This document shows positions 30,755-38,890 of a stretch of 64,000 bases of DNA, piece after piece. The position numbers and the translations under genes were made by a program. The DNA comes from a virus. The notes below the pieces were generated by a model. It made no database searches. It had not been told where the DNA came from and saw only the letters and a list, made by a program, of their open reading frames with translations. The stretch covers positions 32,001-96,000 of IMG/VR virus record IMGVR_UViG_3300005613_000008; one strand, 5' to 3'. Each line of letters opens with the position of its first letter. Position 1 is the first letter of the stretch.

Positions 30755-32056
30755 ATGTCCCTCAAGAAGTTCGGACGAAGCGATGTGATAAGAAATGCTA
30801 TGAGGGCTTACCCTCATAACACTTTCTTTATTTACGATTCTTCAGTCTATTACGATCATAGACCGATAGAACAAGGTGCTTTCAATAGCGACATTCTGTC
30901 TGCTTCTGGAGGCATCAGCCTGTTTGAGTACAATATTGATAGAAGCGGAAGCACGGAATTTACATCTTCTCTATTAGTTGATGCAGAAAATTCTTTATTT
31001 CTAAGTGGCGATAACCCGCCCATAATCCCTTACGTGTTTCGTGGCTCTAACAGACAATTCTTAAAAGCGTCTTCTAGGACTCTATCGATTGACAGCACCA
31101 CTGGCGAGAAAACAGGTGGAATTGTTGATGTTTCTGATGCTTTTGTTGCCTCTCAAGGCACGACATCTATCTTTACTGGCTCGACTTATCCAGCCTCTGC
31201 ATCTATAACAAGAGAATTGATGCTCACAGCAGGAGGAAAATCAGAACCAACCCCCCATGTCTACAGCACAAATTATCCTCACTACTATTCTCTACGAAAC
31301 TCTCTCAACTTCTACGGCACACGCTCACCACATTACTTTGTTTCAAGTTCATTATGGAACAAAGACGAACAAGACATCAACCTTATCTCTATTCCAAAGA
31401 TCTTTTATGGAACACGAATCAAGCCCGGCTCGATGTCGCTAAAATTCTACATCACAGGCACATTGGTGGGAGAACTACAAGACACAAAATACAATGGCGA
31501 ATTAATTCAGGTCGGTCCTGAAGGTTCTACAGGTTCTGGCTCAGTTGCTGGAGTCGCAATGTACGAAGAAGGTTTTGTTCTTCTTACAGGTAGTTGGGAT
31601 CTCACCAACGATGCATATGATTTCGGCGCAGGATTAGCGACCGGCTCTTGGTTAAATTATGCAGCAGGAGCAAATGATGGAACAACTGTGTCAACTTCTG
31701 CTTCATTCGATCTTTCTTTCAAAGGTCACACAGAAACACAAGTCCTTACGATGTTTGCCCATGCTCGCAGAGGCGAAATAAATTATTCTAACAACCCGAC
31801 ATTCTTGGATTATGGACAAAGCAGGGTTGCCGTCACGTCTTCAAATGTCTATTTAGAGAATGATGCAGTGACAATAAAGAACACCGTATCGTCAAGTTAC
31901 GAAGGATTTGACGCTCCTTTCGAGAGGCAGGTTTACATTTCTAGAGTCGCTATCTACGATGAAGACAAAAAACTTATCGGAATTGCAACCTTATCTAACC
32001 CAATTCTCAAAAAAGAAGCACAAGATCTCTCATTTAAACTAAAATTGGATATCTAA
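30755..32056 (+). CDS. Virion structural protein, paralogue of 29705..30745
   Basis: Ends YISRVAIYDEDKKLIGIATLSNPILKKEAQDLSFKLKLDI and shares FxHA..G..NYSNNPT; SD AGGAGG. Confidence 0.65.
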   Translation: MSLKKFGRSDVIRNAMRAYPHNTFFIYDSSVYYDHRPIEQGAFNSDILSASGGISLFEYNIDRSGSTEFTSSLLVDAENSLFLSGDNPPIIPYVFRGSNRQFLKASSRTLSIDSTTGEKTGGIVDVSDAFVASQGTTSIFTGSTYPASASITRELMLTAGGKSEPTPHVYSTNYPHYYSLRNSLNFYGTRSPHYFVSSSLWNKDEQDINLISIPKIFYGTRIKPGSMSLKFYITGTLVGELQDTKYNGELIQVGPEGSTGSGSVAGVAMYEEGFVLLTGSWDLTNDAYDFGAGLATGSWLNYAAGANDGTTVSTSASFDLSFKGHTETQVLTMFAHARRGEINYSNNPTFLDYGQSRVAVTSSNVYLENDAVTIKNTVSSSYEGFDAPFERQVYISRVAIYDEDKKLIGIATLSNPILKKEAQDLSFKLKLDI

Positions 32057-32397
32057 TGAAACCTATTACCATAGTCTCTCCGTGGTTTACTAAGCTTATG
32101 TCGGTAGTGATCGATGTTTACGCAATCACAATCTTTCCATTTATTATTTCAAGAGAAAAAATGAATGAAAGAACCCTTAACCATGAAACAATTCACATTT
32201 ATCAACAGAAAGAGTTGTTAGTTATTCCGTTCTATCTTCTATACTTTTACTTTTATTTTATTGGAATTGTTAAGTATAGAGATAAACAAAAAGCTTATTA
32301 CATGATACCATTTGAGCAAGAAGCCTACGAAAATGACCATAATTTTGATTATCTAAAAACAAGAAAATGGTTTGCATGGCGAAGGTATAAAGTTTGA
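32056..32397 (+). CDS. Small membrane protein with a HExxH zincin-like motif
   Basis: Two hydrophobic segments flank NHETIH; distal PFEQEAY. Confidence 0.6.
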   Translation: MKPITIVSPWFTKLMSVVIDVYAITIFPFIISREKMNERTLNHETIHIYQQKELLVIPFYLLYFYFYFIGIVKYRDKQKAYYMIPFEQEAYENDHNFDYLKTRKWFAWRRYKV

Positions 32398-32933
32398 TTC
32401 TCGGAATAGACGTTTCCACTAGTATTACAGGTTTTGCGATTGTGGATAATGAAGGCAAGATCCTTCTCTCCGAAGCCTGTGATTTGCGAAAGCATAAAGA
32501 CTTTTTCTCTAAGTGTCTCGCGATAAGAGAACATATTTTGGACATTTGCGATAAACACTGTGCTGCGATCAATGGAGAAGGAATAAGCCACATTTATATT
32601 GAACAACCTTTCACCTTCTTCAACTCTGGCGGCTCTTCTGGCAAGACTATGGCGGCTCTACAACGTTTTAACGGTGTTGTTTCTTGGATGGTCTACGAAT
32701 GCTTTGAGATAAAACCATGCTATCTGGGGGCGACACAGGCGCGTAAAATGGTAGGAATCAAGGTGCCTCGTGGCGAAAAAGCAAAGAAAGTTGTCATGGA
32801 ACACCTGCTCGCAACTGACCCAGAGTTCGCGATCGAACGCACACCCAAAGGCAATCCTAAACCGCAAGAATATGACAGAGCCGATGCCCTCGTCATTGCG
32901 AGAGCAGGACTAAAAGAACTTGCGAAAGAGTGA
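32394..32933 (+). CDS. ruvC: RuvC-like Holliday junction resolvase
   Basis: ILGIDVSTSITGFAI, IYIEQP, DRADALVIA (D-E-D-D catalytic set); TTG start overlapping the upstream TGA. Confidence 0.9.
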   Translation: MILGIDVSTSITGFAIVDNEGKILLSEACDLRKHKDFFSKCLAIREHILDICDKHCAAINGEGISHIYIEQPFTFFNSGGSSGKTMAALQRFNGVVSWMVYECFEIKPCYLGATQARKMVGIKVPRGEKAKKVVMEHLLATDPEFAIERTPKGNPKPQEYDRADALVIARAGLKELAKE

Positions 32934-32937
32934 TTGT

Positions 32938-32982
32938 GGGTTTGTGATTTTTTTTAAAAAACGGCTTTAAGGGTTTGTGATT
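32938..32982 (+). repeat. 12-bp direct repeat upstream of the homing endonuclease gene
   Basis: GGGTTTGTGATT at 32938-32949 and 32971-32982, 21-nt spacer containing a T-run/A-run palindrome. Confidence 0.9.
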
Positions 32983-32990
32983 ACTATTTA
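32983..32990 (+). promoter_or_regulatory. Putative late promoter ACTATTTA
   Basis: Intergenic, about 22 nt before the GIY-YIG start, abutting the second direct repeat. Confidence 0.7.
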
Positions 32991-33011
32991 CTAATGTAAG
33001 AGGGTGGTCGC

Positions 33012-33638
33012 ATGAAAACATTTAGCGGTATTTACATCATTAAGAATAAAAAGACAAATAAAATTTATGTTGGTAGTAGCAATGATATACGGCGACGCTG
33101 GCGAGCACATAGAAGTCTTTTAAAAAACAACAAACATCACAGCATCTATCTACAAAACGCTTATAATCAATATGGTAAAAGTTGTTTTGAGTTCACAATA
33201 TTAAAAGAAGTCGCCATCGAGAAACTTCTAGATGAAGAACAAGCCATAATTAAAGCGCTTGACTGCTTAGCCCCAGCAGGTTACAATATGACTGATAGCA
33301 CACACGCACCGTTCGCCGGTTGTAGTCACTCTGTCGAGGCAAAGAAAGCTCAAAGCGAAAAGAATACAGGTAAAAATAATTACTGGTATGGAAAAACATT
33401 AACAGAAGAACATAATAGTAAGATAAGCAAGTCTACAAAAAGATATACCGATCAGGAAGAAAAGAGTTTCTATCTTCGTTTAGAGGGTGGAGAGAGATTA
33501 CAATCAATAGCAAATGAGCAGTGTGTTCATCCTACAACAATCCGCCGAGCGGTAGATCGATACATTCGATTTAAGGAAGAATATGATAGACGAGAGAAAA
33601 GCGCTGCCGATCCTACAAGTAGCGCTGGGTCGTTATAA
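33012..33638 (+). mobile_element. Free-standing GIY-YIG homing endonuclease (Seg/I-TevI-like, NUMOD3 repeats)
   Basis: GIYIIKNKKTNKIYVGSS...RWRAH...LQNAYNQYG; NUMOD3-like HSVEAKKAQSE and LTEEHNSKISKS; C-terminal HTH-like segment; overlaps the primase start by 56 nt. Confidence 0.9.
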
Positions 33639-34527
33639 GCAGGCTTCTAAAAATGAATTTTATTTTACGTGCCCTGCGTGCGGTCACCATAAGAGTAAAT
33701 TCGCTGTTAACATCAGCAAAAATGCTTTTCATTGCTGGATTTGTGATTATCGTGGTCGCAATATTAGGCGCATTATTAGACGTTTTGGTTCGTTTACACA
33801 ACTCCAGAAGTGGGACCAGATTACGGACAGAACAGATCTTAGTCACTTTTCTGAGCTATTCTCTGACGAAGGCAATGTTGATGTCGAAGATAAAATCGAA
33901 CTCCCAGCAGAGTTCATAAGCCTCGCCAATAAAAACCTCCCATTATCAGCCAATCGCGCTCTCCGCTATCTTAGCGAGAGAGGGATTACTAGGGAAGAAA
34001 TTCGGCGTTGGAAGATTGGCTTTTGCTATGACGGAGAATATGGCGGCAGAATCATCGTGCCGTCATTCGGCACCAGCGGCTATCCCAACTACTTTGTTGC
34101 CCGGTCTTATGTTGGGCACGGAATGAAATACAAGAATCCACAGGCGTCCAAGAATGTGGTATTTAATGATCTATTTACAAACTGGAACGACGACCTTACA
34201 ATTGTCGAAGGAGTATTTGATGCTATTCGGGCAGGAAACGCTGTGCCTATCTTGGGGTCTACACTACGGACAGACTCCGACCTACTACGAAAGATTGTAC
34301 GAAATGACACCCCGTGCTACATCGCCCTCGATCCTGACGCGGCTGACAAAGAACGTCGGATCATTCAGACGCTACTGCGCTACGATGTGGAACTCTATAA
34401 GATCGATGTGATAGGCTACGAAGACGTAGGCACTATGCCAAAAAAAATCTTCCAAGAACGAAAAGCAAAAGCTACATTTATCGACAGAGACAACTACTTA
34501 TTGCTAGATTTGCTAGCGGCGGTATAA
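33583..34527 (+). CDS. gp61: DNA primase (T4 gp61/DnaG-like)
   Basis: Zn finger CPACGHH...CWIC, RIIVP, TOPRIM motifs IVEGVFDAI and ALDPDA. Confidence 0.92.
   Translation: MIDERKALPILQVALGRYKQASKNEFYFTCPACGHHKSKFAVNISKNAFHCWICDYRGRNIRRIIRRFGSFTQLQKWDQITDRTDLSHFSELFSDEGNVDVEDKIELPAEFISLANKNLPLSANRALRYLSERGITREEIRRWKIGFCYDGEYGGRIIVPSFGTSGYPNYFVARSYVGHGMKYKNPQASKNVVFNDLFTNWNDDLTIVEGVFDAIRAGNAVPILGSTLRTDSDLLRKIVRNDTPCYIALDPDAADKERRIIQTLLRYDVELYKIDVIGYEDVGTMPKKIFQERKAKATFIDRDNYLLLDLLAAV
34493..34500 (+). promoter_or_regulatory. Late promoter variant ACTACTTA
   Basis: In the primase 3' end, about 31 nt before GTG 34531. Confidence 0.5.
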
Positions 34528-34530
34528 ATT

Positions 34531-35394
34531 GTGAAACACACTTTTACTAAAAAACAAATAAAAAGAATTATTATTGAAGAATTGCAGGCTGATTTGCTTA
34601 TTGAGAATACAACAAATCAGCTTATCGAAGAAGGTGTTGTAGAAACAGTCAAGAATTTAAAAAACAAATTCTTTCCAAATAAAAGTGATGAAGAGATCGA
34701 TACCGAATTGGAAGAAATTGGAAGAAATCCTTCACAATTAGAAAAAATGCCAAGATCCAAGAGAATAGGGATCCTATTCCTATCCGGATTGCTTGGCGGA
34801 TTCTTAACTCAAGCAAGTTTTGATTATAATAAGCTTAGCACTGCAACTGCTGCTGATGCTAAAAAAATATCATCTTCTCAACAAGTGACTGCTCAAAAAT
34901 CAAAAGATATTATCAATTTTAGACAAATGGCTTCTTCAGAGACTCTTGGAAAAACAGCCTCAACACAAAAAGAGGTAGATGCCAAAGTAAGAGAAATAAT
35001 TGATGATTATAAACCAGTTATGAAACCGGCACCAATATCTCCGGGTCGAGGACTTTTTATTGGAGGCGATCCGGCTAAAGGCAACTTTAGGGGCTTTGCT
35101 TATGTGCCATCGGAAAATATCCCAGATGATGAAATAATGCCATTTATTGCTATGTCTAAAGCAGATTATGAAATTTTGCTTAGAGCCACTTATCTAAGTG
35201 GGACTGAAGGTGACAAAAGATTGGAAGATCTCGTTATGGGACGAGGAAGAGCTGGCTCTTCTGTTTTTTGGGCTTATAGTGACAGATCCTCATATCAAGG
35301 ATACAATAGAAATTCCACCATTGCTTTGTTACCACTTGAATGGTCTGTTGCATATGGGTTATTACAAAAAAGACAAAATAGAGGCAAACGATAG
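34531..35394 (+). CDS. Hypothetical protein with IIxEEL leader and one transmembrane segment
   Basis: GTG start; MKHTFTKKQIKRIIIEEL; hydrophobic IGILFLSGLLGGFL; AT-rich. Confidence 0.65.
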   Translation: MKHTFTKKQIKRIIIEELQADLLIENTTNQLIEEGVVETVKNLKNKFFPNKSDEEIDTELEEIGRNPSQLEKMPRSKRIGILFLSGLLGGFLTQASFDYNKLSTATAADAKKISSSQQVTAQKSKDIINFRQMASSETLGKTASTQKEVDAKVREIIDDYKPVMKPAPISPGRGLFIGGDPAKGNFRGFAYVPSENIPDDEIMPFIAMSKADYEILLRATYLSGTEGDKRLEDLVMGRGRAGSSVFWAYSDRSSYQGYNRNSTIALLPLEWSVAYGLLQKRQNRGKR

Positions 35395-35398
35395 TCTC

Positions 35399-35427
35399 TT
35401 GACAAGCCGTCTTGCTCGTGTTATCTT
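35399..35427 (+). promoter_or_regulatory. Canonical sigma70 promoter with extended -10
   Basis: TTGACA (35399-35404), 17-nt spacer, TG at 35419-35420, TATCTT (35422-35427); intergenic, upstream of a small ORF and the Mre11-Rad50 gene. Confidence 0.8.
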
Positions 35428-35446
35428 ACTGTTACAGGAGATAACA

Positions 35447-35539
35447 ATGACAAGATTTCTTTTTGATTCTGCGATTAGCGGAGTGATTATGTATATCGGC
35501 TGGTTAGCTGGTATTGCTCTATATAGTATTTGTTTCTAA
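35447..35539 (+). CDS. 30-aa single-pass membrane micro-protein
   Basis: SD AGGAG 6 nt before ATG; MTRFLFDSAISGVIMYIGWLAGIALYSICF. This is the 3' part of track ORF 35198..35539. Confidence 0.6.
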   Translation: MTRFLFDSAISGVIMYIGWLAGIALYSICF

Positions 35540-35550
35540 TCGGAGGAGCC

Positions 35551-38500
35551 TTGATCAAAATTGCACACATTGCTGATACTCATATTAAGAATTTGAAGTA
35601 TCACGAAGATTACCGCGCCTGCTTTGAGCAGATGTACGAAATCCTTCGAGAGCAGGAAGTAGATTATATCGTTCACTGCGGCGACATCGCACACACAAAG
35701 ACCCAGATTTCCCCAGAGTTTGTGGAAATGGCGTCTGACTTTTTCACAAATCTCAGTAAGATTGCGACGACATTTATTATTCTTGGTAACCACGATGGTA
35801 ACCTAAAGAACAGTAGCCGCCAAGACGCAATAACGCCTATTGTTCAGGCGCTTGATTTTGGAACTCTCCGACTATTGAAGAACTCAGGCGAGACTCATCT
35901 TGCCTATGGCAACGTTGTTCTCAATGTTTTGTCTGTTTTTGATAGAGATAACTGGGTTCAGCCCACAGATCCAGATAAAATCAATATTGCTCTCTATCAC
36001 GGCGCAATCTCCAACTGCCAGACAGACGCAGGCTGGACGATGGAGCATGGTGAAGATAATCTCTCAATCTTTGAAGAGTTTGATTTTGCAATGCTTGGCG
36101 ACATTCACAAGCGCCAGTTCTTGGATAAGGAGCAGCGTGTCTACTACGCAGGATCTACCATCCAGCAGAACCATGGAGAAGAAGACAATAAGGGCTTCTC
36201 TGTTTGGACTATTAATTCTAAGGACGATTGGAACATTGAACACTTTGGGCTACAGAACCCTCGTCCATTTGTTACAGTCGAACTAACATGTACAGGCAAG
36301 ATCCCTCGCAAGACTACTGTACCTGCAAACGCCCGCCTACGTCTTGTAAGTGATAACAATCTGCCTCTTGACGTAATGCGTAAAGCAGTAGATATAGCAA
36401 AACACAAGTTTCGCCCAGAGTCTATCTCTTTCCTTAATCGCGCCGCAGGCAAACGTGGTGATGTTGAAGGGTTAACAGAAGGGCTTGGAGCACAGAATCT
36501 TCGAGATCCAGAAGTTCAGCAGGAGTTGATCTCAGAGTATCTCAAAGATTATCAGGTTAGTTCTGACACTCTATCTAAGGTTTATGAACTGAACTCAAAG
36601 TATAACGTTCGGGTCGAATCAAAAGAAGATATTTCTAGAAATGTAAATTGGGATCTCGTCAGATTTGAATGGTCTAATCTATTCAATTATGGAGAGAACA
36701 ACTGCGTTGACTTCAATAATGTAAATGGAATTGTCGGTATTTTTGGTAAGAACTTCTCAGGTAAGTCTTCCATTATTGATGCCATTCTCTTTACAATGTT
36801 CAATACAACTTCTAAAAACGAGCGCAAGAATGTCAATGTTGTAAATCAGAACCGCGATTGGGGCGAAGGCAAGTTGTCTATTGCTATTAACGATAAGACC
36901 TACACAATCTGTCGCAAGGTCACAAAATATGTAAAGAAAGGCAAAGACGGCGAAAGTACAGAAGCAAAAACCGAACTAGACTTTTTGGTCTATGACGCTG
37001 TTCTTGACGAGACTACTTCACTAAACGGCACAACTCGCAACGAAACCGACGCAGTAATCCGTCGTCACTTTGGGACTATTGACGATTTTCTTATTTCATC
37101 TCTATCCTCGCAGCATGGCGCTCTTGCGTTTATCAATGAGGGTTCAACCAAGCGTAAGGAAATCATTGCGAAGTTCCTCGATCTTCAGTTCTTTGATAAG
37201 AAATTCAAACTAGCCAAAGAGGACTCTATTACGTCCAAGGCACTCGTCAAAAAATTAGAAGGGCGAGATTACGAAAAAGAAATTCTGGAAGCAGAGGAAG
37301 CCTTTGAGAGCTACAAAAAGGCTATTTCTGTGGTAGAGGCAGAAGAGAAATTGATAGAAACCAAGTTGGCTACAGCCCATATCCTTCTAAACGATGTTTC
37401 TCGTAAGATTATCGATATTCCGACAGATGCGATCGATATCCACACAGTTCAGTCCGAGATCAAAACAATAAAAAATCAACTGATTTCTCTATCTCAATCG
37501 GTAGTTGAAGATTCTGAGAAACTAATTAAGGAAAGAGAACGCTTTGAGAAGATCTCGGCTTTAATGATGAGCCTTGATTACGACTCACTAAAAGACTCTC
37601 TTAGTACAATTCAGGAAACTGAAGAGAGGCTTAAGGGCTTCACAAGCAGATTGGAGATTGCGACCGAGAAAAAGAGGCTATTAGAAGATATTCCCTGTGG
37701 CTCATCTTACCCTGCTTGTAAGTTTATTCGTGATGCTCACGTCGCATCAGCGACAATTCCAGAAGTGGAATCAAAAGCGAATGAACTTCGCAACATTCTT
37801 GAGGGACTTAACCCCGAGATTGTACGAGACCACCTAAACAAGTACAGTGCGCTTGAAACAAAGCGAATCAACACCAAAACCTTTATTAAGGAACTGGAAC
37901 TATCGGTTGAAAAGATGAATAGCGCAATTCAGCGTCTGAATACAAAGATGCAGGAACTTGTCGCACAGCAGTCGGAATACAATGACAATAAGGAAGCAAT
38001 CGAGAATCTAGAAAAACTAATAAAGGAGAAGGATACATATGACAATCAAATCAAATCTCTTGAAAGAGAGAATCGATCAAATAACCAAAAGAAGATTGAT
38101 CTTTATAAATCACTTGGTTCAGAAGAACAACGAGTCGAAAGCCTCAAAGAAAGAAGAATAGAGTTCGAGACAATTCAATCGGAGTATGCAGCGTATGATT
38201 TATTCCTGCGCTGTATGCATCCGAACGGGATTGCTTACGATATCATCAAGCAGAAACTACCAGTAATCAACGAAGAGATTGCAAAGATCCTATCAAACGT
38301 CGTAGACTTTGAGATCTTTTTTGAGACATCAGGCAACAAGTTTGACATTTTTATCAAGCACCCTCGGTATGATGCCCGCCCTATTGAGATGGCGTCCGGT
38401 GCGGAGAAGTCTATGGCTGCTATGGCTATTCGTCTTGCTCTGCTCTCCGTATCTTCTTTGCCAAAGGGAAACACTTTCGTACTTGACGAGCCCGGTACTG

Positions 38501-38664
38501 CTTTGGACGAAGAGAATATGGCTGGATTTATTCGGATCTTGGAACTAATTAAGGTATATTTCAAGAACGTCTTGCTGATTTCTCACCTTGATTCTCTCAA
38601 GGATTGTGTAGATATGCAGATTGTGATTGAGAAAGAAGCAGGTTTTGCAAAGGTAAATCAATAA
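35551..38664 (+). CDS. Fused Mre11/SbcD nuclease - Rad50/SbcC ATPase (T4 gp47-gp46 fusion)
   Basis: Metallophosphoesterase motifs DTH, GD, GNHD, HG, GDIH; Walker A GKNFSGKSS; coiled coil; signature ASGAEK; Walker B VLDEP; H-loop ISH. TTG start at 35551 after SD GGAGG. Confidence 0.93.
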   Translation: MIKIAHIADTHIKNLKYHEDYRACFEQMYEILREQEVDYIVHCGDIAHTKTQISPEFVEMASDFFTNLSKIATTFIILGNHDGNLKNSSRQDAITPIVQALDFGTLRLLKNSGETHLAYGNVVLNVLSVFDRDNWVQPTDPDKINIALYHGAISNCQTDAGWTMEHGEDNLSIFEEFDFAMLGDIHKRQFLDKEQRVYYAGSTIQQNHGEEDNKGFSVWTINSKDDWNIEHFGLQNPRPFVTVELTCTGKIPRKTTVPANARLRLVSDNNLPLDVMRKAVDIAKHKFRPESISFLNRAAGKRGDVEGLTEGLGAQNLRDPEVQQELISEYLKDYQVSSDTLSKVYELNSKYNVRVESKEDISRNVNWDLVRFEWSNLFNYGENNCVDFNNVNGIVGIFGKNFSGKSSIIDAILFTMFNTTSKNERKNVNVVNQNRDWGEGKLSIAINDKTYTICRKVTKYVKKGKDGESTEAKTELDFLVYDAVLDETTSLNGTTRNETDAVIRRHFGTIDDFLISSLSSQHGALAFINEGSTKRKEIIAKFLDLQFFDKKFKLAKEDSITSKALVKKLEGRDYEKEILEAEEAFESYKKAISVVEAEEKLIETKLATAHILLNDVSRKIIDIPTDAIDIHTVQSEIKTIKNQLISLSQSVVEDSEKLIKERERFEKISALMMSLDYDSLKDSLSTIQETEERLKGFTSRLEIATEKKRLLEDIPCGSSYPACKFIRDAHVASATIPEVESKANELRNILEGLNPEIVRDHLNKYSALETKRINTKTFIKELELSVEKMNSAIQRLNTKMQELVAQQSEYNDNKEAIENLEKLIKEKDTYDNQIKSLERENRSNNQKKIDLYKSLGSEEQRVESLKERRIEFETIQSEYAAYDLFLRCMHPNGIAYDIIKQKLPVINEEIAKILSNVVDFEIFFETSGNKFDIFIKHPRYDARPIEMASGAEKSMAAMAIRLALLSVSSLPKGNTFVLDEPGTALDEENMAGFIRILELIKVYFKNVLLISHLDSLKDCVDMQIVIEKEAGFAKVNQ

Positions 38665-38879
38665 TGAAAATTACAAAGACTAGACTAAAGCAGATTATCA
38701 AGGAAGAGCTTAGGGAAACAATGATAGATGAAAAAGTAGATCTATTTCTTTCTGATTTTTGCAAAGACAATGATGGAGAAGATCCTGATTTTGCTGATGT
38801 AAAGGCGTTTTTTGGCGATTCTCACCTATCGAGTCTTGTGTGGGAAGAGATAAGGGGCATAAGGGCTCCTTGTAAATAA
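38664..38879 (+). CDS. Small acidic protein with IIKEEL leader
   Basis: MKITKTRLKQIIKEELRE; TAATG coupling. Confidence 0.7.
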   Translation: MKITKTRLKQIIKEELRETMIDEKVDLFLSDFCKDNDGEDPDFADVKAFFGDSHLSSLVWEEIRGIRAPCK

Positions 38880-38890
38880 AAGGTAAATCA

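Noticed and set aside
35198-35550. Track ORF 35198..35539 (113 aa) and track start 35530 for the nuclease-ATPase
   Set aside because: The 5' part overlaps another gene and spans the promoter. SD positions support starts at 35447 and 35551 instead.
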